A DNA stretch of 64,000 nucleotides from a virus. Taxonomy: Duplodnaviria > Caudoviricetes. The notes under the pieces are model-generated. The model saw only the letters and a program-made list of their open reading frames with translations. It was not told the origin of the DNA and did no database searches. Shown piece by piece: positions 38,956 to 47,932 of this stretch; position 1 is the first letter of the stretch, and each line of letters opens with the position of its first letter. The stretch spans positions 1,055 through 65,054 of the IMG/VR virus record IMGVR_UViG_3300042473_000311. One strand, written 5' to 3'. A program made the translations under genes and the position numbers.

Positions 38956-40784
38956 AGCGGAAATTTATGACTGTCAACTTGTTTAAGTACTTTTTTATCA
39001 CCATCTACTTTTATATGTTTATAGTCAATAGTAAGTATTCTACCTCCAACAGGTTTAGGTGGTGCGCCTCTCTCCACGTGCCATCCCTTACTACCATCCT
39101 GATACTCTTCCTTATACGTTCCAGTAAGCATAAGATGAATATCCTTTAACACGTTTCTATATCCAACTTTAGCACTATGCTCAATAGTATCTCTCACATC
39201 GTTACGACAGCTATTCTCATGTATGTGGCCCATGGTAAACACATCAAAGCCCTCATACATCTCTAATGCTCTAGTAAGATTCAATGCTCCTTTGGTTACT
39301 ACACCACCTCCACCAGAACCATGGAAATACTTAATCTTTATACAAGACCTTGACGTACCATGAAGTGTTGATTTAACAACAATCCATCCACCATAACCTC
39401 CTGTATAAACATTAGTATTATTCTTATAGTTTAGTAAGTCAACAAATCTCTGTAATACATCAGTCTCCTGCCACTTAATAATTGCTGTATTGCCAGAGAA
39501 TGCAACCTTACCATCAATTCTAGTTATAAAGCATCCAGAAGGCATATTTAAACAAAATACCTCACCACTATATTCTTCGTGAAGAATCGTTGCTTTTCTG
39601 TTTTTAACTATACCCTCAGAGATTCTAACATGGTATTGAAGTTTACCATTACTAAATCCAGATCCATTTATTTTTTCTTTAAATGTACAGTTCCATCCGT
39701 TTAATACGCATATCATTTGAACTAAATCCGCATCTGATTTATTAGTAGTGGTCCATTCTATTGTATTTGAATTAGCTTTATGGCCATCAGTTTTTTCTAA
39801 AGCATTTAAAAAAGATTTAAAATTTTCTCCATGTATGTCAATAAACCATTTAGGTAATTGTTTAATTCCTTCTAATTTATCATACAAATCTCTTGCGTAA
39901 TCTCCATATACTCTAATATAATATGGTTGTAATTTATTTACACCACTTTTAGTAGCCTCTTTAAAAGTATATGGTATATTACATTTTTCTAAAACAGATT
40001 TTATGTATTCTATTTTCTCTGGCTTGCTTATTTTAAATTGTATTCTTTTTTTAGTATGCGTAGGATTATATTTAGAATGATCAACAATAGTAGCATCCAT
40101 AACGATGCAAGTTATTAATTCTATCAACTCATTGTCAAAATAGCCTAATTTATCATTGAATATTCTTTTATGAGGAAAATCCAAATCATACATTTCAGCA
40201 ATGTCTTCTGCATTAACTTTTCTCATGTCGTTATACATAACAGCATGTTTTCCAGATACTACTTGCTTTGTATATGATCCCTCTATATGCACTAGCTTAT
40301 CAGCATGCTTAGAAACTAAAGCATTAGGCTTTTCAAAGTAAATAGACTTGTCATCAAATACAGCGACTAAATCATCAAGTGTTACTTCTTGAATGTTTTT
40401 CCATCCGTTAGAAGTAAGTACCTCTGTGTCAGGTCGGTAACATTCATGATTACCATATCCCACAACAGTCATTAAATGAGCATACGGACTAAACCACTCA
40501 ACAGCTGTTTCTACGATGCTATCTAGGTACTTAGCGTTGTTATGCTCTGGGCGTATATCACTCTTATTACCCCTTCTATCTCCTTTACCCTGCATTAGAC
40601 AAAAGAAATCCCCATTAAACATAATAGGGATATTCTCTGATACGCAATAGTCTAGGTGTTTTTTTAATAAATCCCAATCACATTTAGGATTATCCCAATG
40701 TATATCTGATAGCATAGCCACCCTAGCTTTACATCCTTCTAATTTTATCTCGTGAATATTCTTAGCGTGCTTGATTAAATTCAT
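38952..40784 (-). CDS. Calcineurin-like metallophosphoesterase containing an intein
   Basis: SDIH, NGD, GNHE, HG and GHIH motifs; 318-aa insert after GNHE. Confidence 0.9.
   Translation of the reverse strand: MNLIKHAKNIHEIKLEGCKARVAMLSDIHWDNPKCDWDLLKKHLDYCVSENIPIMFNGDFFCLMQGKGDRRGNKSDIRPEHNNAKYLDSIVETAVEWFSPYAHLMTVVGYGNHECYRPDTEVLTSNGWKNIQEVTLDDLVAVFDDKSIYFEKPNALVSKHADKLVHIEGSYTKQVVSGKHAVMYNDMRKVNAEDIAEMYDLDFPHKRIFNDKLGYFDNELIELITCIVMDATIVDHSKYNPTHTKKRIQFKISKPEKIEYIKSVLEKCNIPYTFKEATKSGVNKLQPYYIRVYGDYARDLYDKLEGIKQLPKWFIDIHGENFKSFLNALEKTDGHKANSNTIEWTTTNKSDADLVQMICVLNGWNCTFKEKINGSGFSNGKLQYHVRISEGIVKNRKATILHEEYSGEVFCLNMPSGCFITRIDGKVAFSGNTAIIKWQETDVLQRFVDLLNYKNNTNVYTGGYGGWIVVKSTLHGTSRSCIKIKYFHGSGGGGVVTKGALNLTRALEMYEGFDVFTMGHIHENSCRNDVRDTIEHSAKVGYRNVLKDIHLMLTGTYKEEYQDGSKGWHVERGAPPKPVGGRILTIDYKHIKVDGDKKVLKQVDSHKFPL
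39489..40442 (-). mobile_element. Intein with LAGLIDADG-type homing endonuclease domain
   Basis: Starts CYRPDTEVLTSNGWKNI, ends YSGEVFCL...KVAFSGN with +1 Thr; internal FLNALEKTDG and TTTNK..ADLVQ blocks. Confidence 0.92.
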
Positions 40785-41311
40785 TTAATTATATTTAGTT
40801 TAAAATCTCTCTTTGGAAAATCGTTCTCATATCTTTTAACAGCCATGAATAAACCTTTGAATGTACCTCTATAAAAGTAAGCTGGATTAACCATATACGT
40901 TCTCTTGTTTTTTACGCTATGGTAGCGAACAATATCTTCACCACATAGCACCTTCATGTTCTTTAATACGAGAGTCATGTTCATAGTAAGTGCGGATTGA
41001 ATATCCCTTAGTGACCAACCATAAGCTTTATTATCATAGCCCATATCTCCTACTAGTAATCTAATAATCCTATTAGCAGATTGTGTCAGCTCATTCTGTT
41101 TCTTCAACCCATCGGCAAAAGTAATGAAATAACGCATACGCTTTCTTTTAGATAGCTGCTTGATTATATCCTCTACTTCTGGGCTGTATGCTTCTGCCAA
41201 TGGAACTATATTTCCGTCTTTATCTTTGTAGTATAGTTCTAGGTCTTTCTGTCTATGGTAAGCTATCTTATCAGCCTCCATAAGTATCATATCGTATAAT
41301 AGACTACTCAT
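40781..41311 (-). CDS. RepL-like winged-helix protein
   Basis: HTH-like segment followed by YMVNPAYFYRG, similar to the plasmid RepL family C-terminus. Confidence 0.6.
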   Translation of the reverse strand: MSSLLYDMILMEADKIAYHRQKDLELYYKDKDGNIVPLAEAYSPEVEDIIKQLSKRKRMRYFITFADGLKKQNELTQSANRIIRLLVGDMGYDNKAYGWSLRDIQSALTMNMTLVLKNMKVLCGEDIVRYHSVKNKRTYMVNPAYFYRGTFKGLFMAVKRYENDFPKRDFKLNIIK

Positions 41312-41337
41312 ATTAATTAGATGTTATTTTTAACTAC

Positions 41338-41586
41338 TTATTCAGATTGTTGTAATGTTACAAATTCAAAATTATTGGTGTCTAGGTTTAGGACTATACC
41401 AGGGTGGCCGCCCTTAGCGTGATGCCTTCTTAAATAAAGCTCTATCTTATCTAATAATTCTTTAGATAGTTTATTGTCTTCTACAACAGACCAGATAAGA
41501 CCTCTTAAAGTTATCTGATAAATCTCATCCTTCTCATCCAGGTGCATCATTTCCTCCAATGCTTCTTCTTGTTTCTTCTTACTCAT
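41338..41586 (-). CDS. Hypothetical protein
   Basis: 82-aa ORF, ATGA overlap. Confidence 0.6.
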   Translation of the reverse strand: MSKKKQEEALEEMMHLDEKDEIYQITLRGLIWSVVEDNKLSKELLDKIELYLRRHHAKGGHPGIVLNLDTNNFEFVTLQQSE

Positions 41587-41885
41587 TTCTTCTTATTATT
41601 TATTAGTGATTCTACATTTAACTTAACCTTCTTGAGATACGATATACTCTCCTTATGTTTTACATGCTCATAGTATATCAAACCATTTAAGGCCCTATGG
41701 AACTCATCTATATTCATACTACCCTTAAGCTTATTACATTCTCCACAGGCAGGTACTTTATTCTTGTTACTTAATATCCCTCCCCTGCTCTTAGGGTAAA
41801 GGTGATCTACAGTTCTACTATATTCATCAATAGGACATTTACAGTAGGTACAGACATTCAAGTCAACTCCTCCCTTAGTAATCAT
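41583..41885 (-). CDS. HNH endonuclease
   Basis: CTYC...TVDHLYPKSRGG...NKVPACGECNKLKG. Confidence 0.9.
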   Translation of the reverse strand: MITKGGVDLNVCTYCKCPIDEYSRTVDHLYPKSRGGILSNKNKVPACGECNKLKGSMNIDEFHRALNGLIYYEHVKHKESISYLKKVKLNVESLINNKKK

Positions 41886-42073
41886 AACTTAAATCCTATT
41901 TCACCAGCTAACTCTGATATGAACTTACCACTATTCTCTGAGGCTAACCCTGCCTCTATATTCACCCCATCACTTAACCCATCAAGATACGCTTCTAAAG
42001 CTATATCTACTAGTACCTTCTTCATATCATCATTCAAAGAAGCTAACATTCTATAATCAATTATTCTATCCAT
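41882..42073 (-). CDS. Hypothetical protein (first gene of the leftward arm)
   Basis: 63-aa ORF directly after TAGATTTG at 42079-42086. Confidence 0.6.
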   Translation of the reverse strand: MDRIIDYRMLASLNDDMKKVLVDIALEAYLDGLSDGVNIEAGLASENSGKFISELAGEIGFKL

Positions 42074-42670
42074 AATAACAAATCTAAAGACAATAAATTA
42101 AATAAACAAATTATTTAAGAATTATTAACTATGGCACAATGCTTGATGGAAACACCATAATATTATGTTAAATAGACCCCCACTTTGTACTTACTTATAA
42201 ACTACACTTTGTACTTAAAAAGTGTAACATTATTAAACTGATAATCAGATAGTTACAAAACGCTTATTTTATTGTTTATTTCTATGTAAGAATGATACGT
42301 GCCAATCAGCATCCAGCTGACTGCCCTTGCATCATAAGTTGTTTATGTGAGATACAGGTACTAGACAGTACTACTATCCCTCCCCTGTTATAGGTGACTA
42401 TGCTAAATGTATTATGCATATTGGTGCTGGCGGCCCATTAATGTCAAGTTTATTGTGCAAAAAACTGGACATTATATCCTATTACGTATAATTAGCCCCT
42501 CTCAGAGACTTTTATATGTTTAATGATATAATGTGTCTTATAAGTCACGTATTGCTATTGTATTGTACTTTGTATGGCTAGTTGTGAAAAAAGAATACGT
42601 ATTTGTAGGAGTCTTATACACGCATACCTATCCCCTCCCGTTCTCAAAAGGAAAAGTGAATTTCAAAACC

Positions 42671-42853
42671 TTAGTGTCATTTGTACACTAACTATCTTTA
42701 CTTAGTGTCACTTGTACACTAACTCACATCCTCCTTTGTGTCATATATACACTAACTCTTTTTACTTATAGTACTTTTTACCATAACTAATCTTTACTTA
42801 GTGTCATTATTACACTAACCAATGATTTTTACTTAGTGTACTTTTGACACTTA
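42671..42853. repeat. Array of six 21-bp imperfect palindromes (consensus TTAGTGTCAnnnnTACACTAA)
   Basis: Copies start at 42671, 42702, 42735, 42766 (degenerate), 42798 and 42833 (inverted). Confidence 0.9.
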
Positions 42854-43039
42854 CTTAATGCAATATAGTTGCAATAAGGAGTTATTCTCATTTATTCCAC
42901 CATAAAAAAACTTGATTAGATTTTAACCACAAATAAAACTAGATTTTAATCATTTGTTATCTATCTAATCAATCATAAAACTATTTTAAATTTTAACATA
43001 TTTTAACATTTATTTATTTTTTAATTCGGAATTAATATC

Positions 43040-43047
43040 TATATTTG
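43040..43047 (+). promoter_or_regulatory. Bacteroidota -7 promoter element (TATATTTG) opening the early arm
   Basis: Matches TAnnTTTG. Other copies before genes: plus strand 30243, 49290, 52067, 58300; minus strand 2396, 12551, 15553, 26153, 29026, 29937, 35952, 38026, 38751, 42079, 61007, 61380. Confidence 0.8.
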
Positions 43048-43123
43048 TAATGTGTTCAACGGGACACAAAAAAACAAAAAACGATGCGAATCGTACTGGA
43101 AGAGAAATGTAAAATTGTGAACT

Positions 43124-43351
43124 ATGAGACTATTTAGAGAAATACAGGGAGCTGATATACAGGAGCGTAGCACTAGCGAAGCGCGAAGCTATGACAATAA
43201 AACAGGACGCGCGAAGCATAATCGACGTGCGAAGTTACAGCATATTACAGATGCGAAGCCGTTAGAATTTTTAGCCATTGCGAAGCGCGAAGCATTTAAA
43301 GAAGCGCGAAGCGAAGCGCAACGAAATGAACGACGCGCGAAGCGAAAGTAA
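43124..43351 (+). CDS. Arg/Ala-rich small ORF overlapping the GCGAAGC repeats
   Basis: 75-aa ORF downstream of the early promoter; may be a by-product of the repeat. Confidence 0.45.
   Translation: MRLFREIQGADIQERSTSEARSYDNKTGRAKHNRRAKLQHITDAKPLEFLAIAKREAFKEARSEAQRNERRAKRK
43176..43343 (+). repeat. Cluster of nine GCGAAGC heptamers
   Basis: At 43176, 43183, 43211, 43253, 43280, 43287, 43306, 43311 and 43337. Confidence 0.85.
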
Positions 43352-43512
43352 CACGCGCATAACATATTAGAGGGTGGCCACCTCATGAAAAACGGACGTA
43401 ATAAATAGGTGCAAATGTTTTATAACATTGGTACAGTTTACAAGGGGGTAAATTGTGTTTAGGTACTTTGATACGCTTAAATCTATTTATTAATTTTTTA
43501 AAAAACAAAGTC

Positions 43513-43935
43513 ATGAAAAAAAATGTAATTAACGTAATGAATTTAAATGTTAAATTTATTCAAGGTGAAAATCAATTGAATTTAATTAATAGAGAAATTG
43601 AATTTAATAACATTAAAGAAACAGCAGAAAATTTGAGTATGAAAATTTTAACGACACGCGCGAATTTAAAGCGTTTCAACAAAAAAATCAAAGGGTTTAA
43701 TTTTAACCGTAAATTTCAAATTGAACTAACAATCAACGAACAAAGTTACAATCTAAGCGAACTATTTGCAGGTGACTCTGGTGAAGAATTTTTTACTACA
43801 CTAGCAACAAACGAAAAAAGCTTTTATAATTTCGCTAACTTAATTTATGAATTGTTATTTATGGCTACAAATGGCGGGGATAAATTAACAGTAACAGAAA
43901 TTTTATCAAAACAAAATGTTTTATTACTAGCTTAA
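43513..43935 (+). CDS. Early hypothetical protein
   Basis: ATG at 43513 after an A-rich leader; followed by a terminator. Confidence 0.7.
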   Translation: MKKNVINVMNLNVKFIQGENQLNLINREIEFNNIKETAENLSMKILTTRANLKRFNKKIKGFNFNRKFQIELTINEQSYNLSELFAGDSGEEFFTTLATNEKSFYNFANLIYELLFMATNGGDKLTVTEILSKQNVLLLA

Positions 43936-43959
43936 TTAATCCAATATATTAATTCTAAG

Positions 43960-43984
43960 GGGGTGATTTTGTCACCCCTTTTTT
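43960..43984 (+). terminator. Rho-independent terminator
   Basis: GGGGTGA-ttttg-TCACCCC followed by TTTTTT. Confidence 0.88.
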
Positions 43985-44042
43985 AATATCGTTCCGTATC
44001 AACGCAGATGGTAGGCAACGCAAAAATTATATTCAAATAAAT

Positions 44043-44225
44043 ATGGAAAGAAAAAACATCTATTCAATTATCATCATGGTTATCATGGTAATTGGTATTA
44101 TATTAACGTACAATTCATGGGAATTATGGAAAGGATGGCTCATAATCTGGGCTATGGTTATCACCTTAGAAGTACTAGTTCTAGGTGCGTACATTGGTAA
44201 CTTCATCAAAGAAAATCTATTGTAA
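44043..44225 (+). CDS. Small two-helix membrane protein
   Basis: Two hydrophobic stretches in 60 aa. Confidence 0.65.
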   Translation: MERKNIYSIIIMVIMVIGIILTYNSWELWKGWLIIWAMVITLEVLVLGAYIGNFIKENLL

Positions 44226-44371
44226 TGGAGAGTAAACAAACATATAAAGTAAAGGTAAGTGAGAGAGTATTCAAGATAGATGCTCATAGTAAATACCATG
44301 CAATAGATAAGGTTTATACCGCCTATTGTGTATTCGAGAGAGATAGAAGTAAATATAAAATAGTAAAGTAA
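44225..44371 (+). CDS. Hypothetical protein (48 aa)
   Basis: MESKQTYKVKV...; TAATG overlap. Confidence 0.55.
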   Translation: MESKQTYKVKVSERVFKIDAHSKYHAIDKVYTAYCVFERDRSKYKIVK

Positions 44372-44377
44372 ACAGTT

Positions 44378-44560
44378 ATGAATTTAATACACATCAAGTT
44401 AACCTTTGAAGATGTATCATCTGGAAAGGTAATAGTAAGAGAATGCACTAGAAGTATGTACACATACGATAGAATGGTAGCATCATTAGATAATATTGTC
44501 AACGTATTCGATGGAGAAAAACAATGGCAATGGAAAGTAATTAAAGTAGAACAAGCATAA
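44378..44560 (+). CDS. Hypothetical protein
   Basis: 60-aa ORF in the early gene run. Confidence 0.6.
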   Translation: MNLIHIKLTFEDVSSGKVIVRECTRSMYTYDRMVASLDNIVNVFDGEKQWQWKVIKVEQA

Positions 44561-44587
44561 AATAGTAACTAATAAAAACAAAATAAA

Positions 44588-46105
44588 ATGGAAACAGTAC
44601 ACGTAACTAACAGGCATTTACTGCCTAAGAATTTCTTAGTAAAAGCTAACATGGAGCATCCTAGATGGATGCATTACATTAGATTCCTAAACAAGATAAG
44701 TAGTAGTAATTGGGGAGGAGATGGGCAAAGTTTGCACTATGGATTGACTGATAATAAGTCAGTAACATATAGCGCAGACTACGAATCAATTGATTCATAC
44801 ACAGTCATGGAATTAGACGAGGTAATGCAACTACTAGAAACAGATGTAGAAATGGTAGAAACATACAACGGAGAGTCACATCCAATGTATCTATGTGTAC
44901 AAATACACTCAGATGCTACTCGACATCCCGAAGAGTGGGCGTTGAAGTCAGAGTGTAGATACGCATCCCTAGATGATGGCTACGCTTTACCAGATGATGT
45001 TTATACTACGTATGGTGGAGAGACATTCTTAGAGAATACTCAAGAATACCACGATATAGTATGGAGTGATTACGAGAATAATTATCTTATCAAGGATGAT
45101 GATGTTTGTTATGGATGGGTAAGTAGAAGAACGCAAGACTACTTTATCGGAGGTAACGAAGAGCTATATATAGATGACGACTATTACTTAGACGAGAATG
45201 TAGCAAGGCAACATGACTACATGTATAGTGAGAGGCAAGATTGTTGGGTGCATTGCGACAACTGGGAGAGCGGCTATCACGACTACGAAGAAGATGAAAG
45301 TGAGGCAAACAATGCAGGTTATCACGACCTAACTAGGGTAAACAAGTTTGATTCATCAGCTAAGTTTACTGTCGGCTTCGAGATTGAGAAGGAAGATTCA
45401 GACATGGTATCAATTGACTACGATGATTTATATCAGACTACTAGATGGATAAAAGAACGTGATGGTTCTCTAGATGATTCGACTGGCTACGAGTTAGTAT
45501 CTCCTGCCTTCAATCTATACGATGATATGTTAGACCAAGACATAAACAGTCATAGGGTATTGCGTGACCTTATCAATGCAGACAAATCATCTGACTGTGG
45601 CGGACACATCAACGTAGGCTCAACGATATACAATACGACTCAGTTATTCGAGGGGTTATCAGGGTTCTTTCCTTTGTTATATGCAATGTATGAGGGTAGA
45701 TTAAATAAGACATACAGCAAAGCTAAGAAGAAGCATGAGTATTATCAGCGTGACAAGTATTCATCTATCTATATCAAGGACCACGTTGTAGAGATTAGAA
45801 TACCATCCGCAGTAATAGATGTTAAGAATCTATTGTGGCGCAGAGACCTGGTGCGTATCATGGTTGACAATATCAACAAGTCAGAGTTACAAGTACTTAG
45901 AATGATGCTTAACGAGAAGTCTAAGTTACACATTCACCTAAGAAAAGTGTACTCACTTGATGTAATCATCAGCAAGATTAAGAAGTTTATCAAGTACTCA
46001 GACGAGTTCAATAACAAGAAGCTTCCATCTGCCAATACTACTAGGCTAGAAAATAAAATGAAAAACGAATCTAAATTAAACGAAACGCTAGCGATGGCGT
46101 GTTAA
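44588..46105 (+). CDS. Putative amidoligase (COOH-NH2 ligase, Amidoligase_2-like)
   Basis: VGFEIE, ERDGSLD, YELVSP, CGGHIN and VEIR motifs in the C-terminal half; adjacent glutamine amidotransferase. Confidence 0.85.
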   Translation: METVHVTNRHLLPKNFLVKANMEHPRWMHYIRFLNKISSSNWGGDGQSLHYGLTDNKSVTYSADYESIDSYTVMELDEVMQLLETDVEMVETYNGESHPMYLCVQIHSDATRHPEEWALKSECRYASLDDGYALPDDVYTTYGGETFLENTQEYHDIVWSDYENNYLIKDDDVCYGWVSRRTQDYFIGGNEELYIDDDYYLDENVARQHDYMYSERQDCWVHCDNWESGYHDYEEDESEANNAGYHDLTRVNKFDSSAKFTVGFEIEKEDSDMVSIDYDDLYQTTRWIKERDGSLDDSTGYELVSPAFNLYDDMLDQDINSHRVLRDLINADKSSDCGGHINVGSTIYNTTQLFEGLSGFFPLLYAMYEGRLNKTYSKAKKKHEYYQRDKYSSIYIKDHVVEIRIPSAVIDVKNLLWRRDLVRIMVDNINKSELQVLRMMLNEKSKLHIHLRKVYSLDVIISKIKKFIKYSDEFNNKKLPSANTTRLENKMKNESKLNETLAMAC

Positions 46106-46131
46106 TATTAATCTTATAAAATATAAATAAA

Positions 46132-46995
46132 ATGTGTATAGCAATTCTTAATACAAAACAAACTACTCTTAAAAAACAATTACTTAGAAATTGTTGGGAG
46201 AATAATGGTGATGGCGCAGGTATATTGTACATCAATAATGATAACAAGTTAGAGTTCTTCAAGGAGATGAACAACTTCGATACGTTCTACGATAAGTACA
46301 TAGATGTACGCAAGAAATATGGTAAACGTAACATGGTGTTACACTTCAGAATATCCACTCATGGCAAGGTTAACACTACTAATTGTCATCCGTTCCTAGT
46401 TAGCGATAGCTTAGGCTTCGTTCACAATGGTATGATATACGATGTACCTACCAGTACAGAATACTCAGATACATACATGTTCAATGAGACTGTACTCAAG
46501 AACTTCAAAGAAGGCTTCGAGCATAACCAAACTATCATGGAGATGCTTGAGGTATTCATAGGTAATGGTAGTAAGTTAGTATTCCTTAATGATGATGATG
46601 ATTACTTCATAGTTAACGAACAAGCAGGTCATTGGAATATGCATTGCTGGTTCTCTAACTCTTCATACAAACAAGTTAACGATTGGGTTGACTTCGGAGG
46701 TATCAAGAAGAAAAAGATTCAAGCAAATACAAAAGCATACGACACTCCATTAAGTTGGAGTGTATGGGATATGGATGGTAGAGAATATACTAGTCAGATA
46801 GGCTCACGATTCTGTGAGTGTTGCGACACAGTACTACGCACCGATGAAGAGATAGATGGTGGTATATGTGAGTGGTGCATAGAAGATTCAATGTATGACC
46901 AGGAGTGTGACTGTTGTCAAGGAACTAACGGTAAGTACAGATACAAGTGGGAAGCATATGTATGTGACGATTGTAATAAAGCTTTAGTAGATTAA
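46132..46995 (+). CDS. Class II (Ntn) glutamine amidotransferase with C-terminal Cys-rich Zn ribbon
   Basis: N-terminal MC, NGDGAG, HFRISTHG, NCHPF, HNG, SDT; several CxxC pairs at the C-terminus. Confidence 0.9.
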   Translation: MCIAILNTKQTTLKKQLLRNCWENNGDGAGILYINNDNKLEFFKEMNNFDTFYDKYIDVRKKYGKRNMVLHFRISTHGKVNTTNCHPFLVSDSLGFVHNGMIYDVPTSTEYSDTYMFNETVLKNFKEGFEHNQTIMEMLEVFIGNGSKLVFLNDDDDYFIVNEQAGHWNMHCWFSNSSYKQVNDWVDFGGIKKKKIQANTKAYDTPLSWSVWDMDGREYTSQIGSRFCECCDTVLRTDEEIDGGICEWCIEDSMYDQECDCCQGTNGKYRYKWEAYVCDDCNKALVD

Positions 46996-47052
46996 TAAAT
47001 AAATAGATAAGGGGGTCGCATCCATCACGCACAATTAATTAAAAAAACAGTC

Positions 47053-47178
47053 ATGAAAAAAGTAATCGTAGTAGTTGCAGCAGCAACAGTTTTATTAACA
47101 TCTTGTAAATCAAGTAAGTCGTGTGAAGCATACGGAAGAGTAAAGGTAACATCAACCACTAAACACATAAGAAGATGA
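47053..47178 (+). CDS. Small predicted lipoprotein (41 aa)
   Basis: MKKVIVVVAAATVLLTSC lipobox, then KSSKSCEAYG. Confidence 0.7.
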   Translation: MKKVIVVVAAATVLLTSCKSSKSCEAYGRVKVTSTTKHIRR

Positions 47179-47309
47179 AGAAGAGTAATATAATAATAGT
47201 AATGGTAATGCCTACGATAATATGTATTGTAGGCTACGTTTTATCTAACGTATTAGTTTAGGTAATCAAATGTAAAATGTTCAATATCAACAATTTAAAA
47301 ATTAAAATT

Positions 47310-47525
47310 ATGAGTAAAAAAGTAGAAGAAGCATTACAAACATTACGTGATGCAGGTTACTATACTGGAAATCTTTGGCGCATAGATGACATAGATGATG
47401 ACAACCTAGACAAGGAAGAAAAACTTGAGGTACTACATAATGCTATTCATAGAGACTATATCTATGAACGTATCAATGATGCTATCCACGATGAATTATT
47501 AATATTAAAATACTCTAAAAATTAA
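47310..47525 (+). CDS. Early hypothetical protein
   Basis: ATG at 47310; MSKKVEEALQTLRDAGYY. Confidence 0.65.
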   Translation: MSKKVEEALQTLRDAGYYTGNLWRIDDIDDDNLDKEEKLEVLHNAIHRDYIYERINDAIHDELLILKYSKN

Positions 47526-47529
47526 GACT

Positions 47530-47682
47530 ATGAATGATAAATTATTTGATGCTATTATTAGCTTCATAGAACAACGTAAACAACACAAGGTAGACAATCT
47601 ATTAAAGAACCTATCAAAGTCTCGTAGAAGGGAGATAATAGAGTTATTAGATGCTATTAAGTTACTAGAGTTAGAATATTAA
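47530..47682 (+). CDS. Hypothetical protein (50 aa)
   Basis: Fills the gap in the early gene run. Confidence 0.5.
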   Translation: MNDKLFDAIISFIEQRKQHKVDNLLKNLSKSRRREIIELLDAIKLLELEY

Positions 47683-47692
47683 ATTAAAAGTT

Positions 47693-47917
47693 ATGAAAGA
47701 TTTATCTGAAACACCAGAATTAATACCTCAAGATGTACAGGCTATACTTGAGACATTCAATGAAGATGCGCCCAATACTTATACAGAATTAGATAGGGTA
47801 AGAGATGGGATATTTGAATTAGGATATACATTTGATTACTACCTAGATGCTAATCCGTATGGATTAAGACCTGCTGGTGTAGAGTTACAAGAACTAGAAG
47901 GATGGGAACACGTTTAA
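47693..47917 (+). CDS. Early hypothetical protein
   Basis: 74-aa acidic ORF. Confidence 0.65.
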   Translation: MKDLSETPELIPQDVQAILETFNEDAPNTYTELDRVRDGIFELGYTFDYYLDANPYGLRPAGVELQELEGWEHV

Positions 47918-47932
47918 TTAAAAATAAATATT

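Noticed and set aside
42671-42853. CRISPR array interpretation of the palindromic repeats
   Set aside because: Spacers are only 10-14 nt and similar to each other, the repeats are degenerate with one inverted, and no cas operon is present
43189-43386. Minus-strand 65-aa ORF over the GCGAAGC cluster
   Set aside because: Antisense to the early transcript and explained by stop-poor repeat sequence
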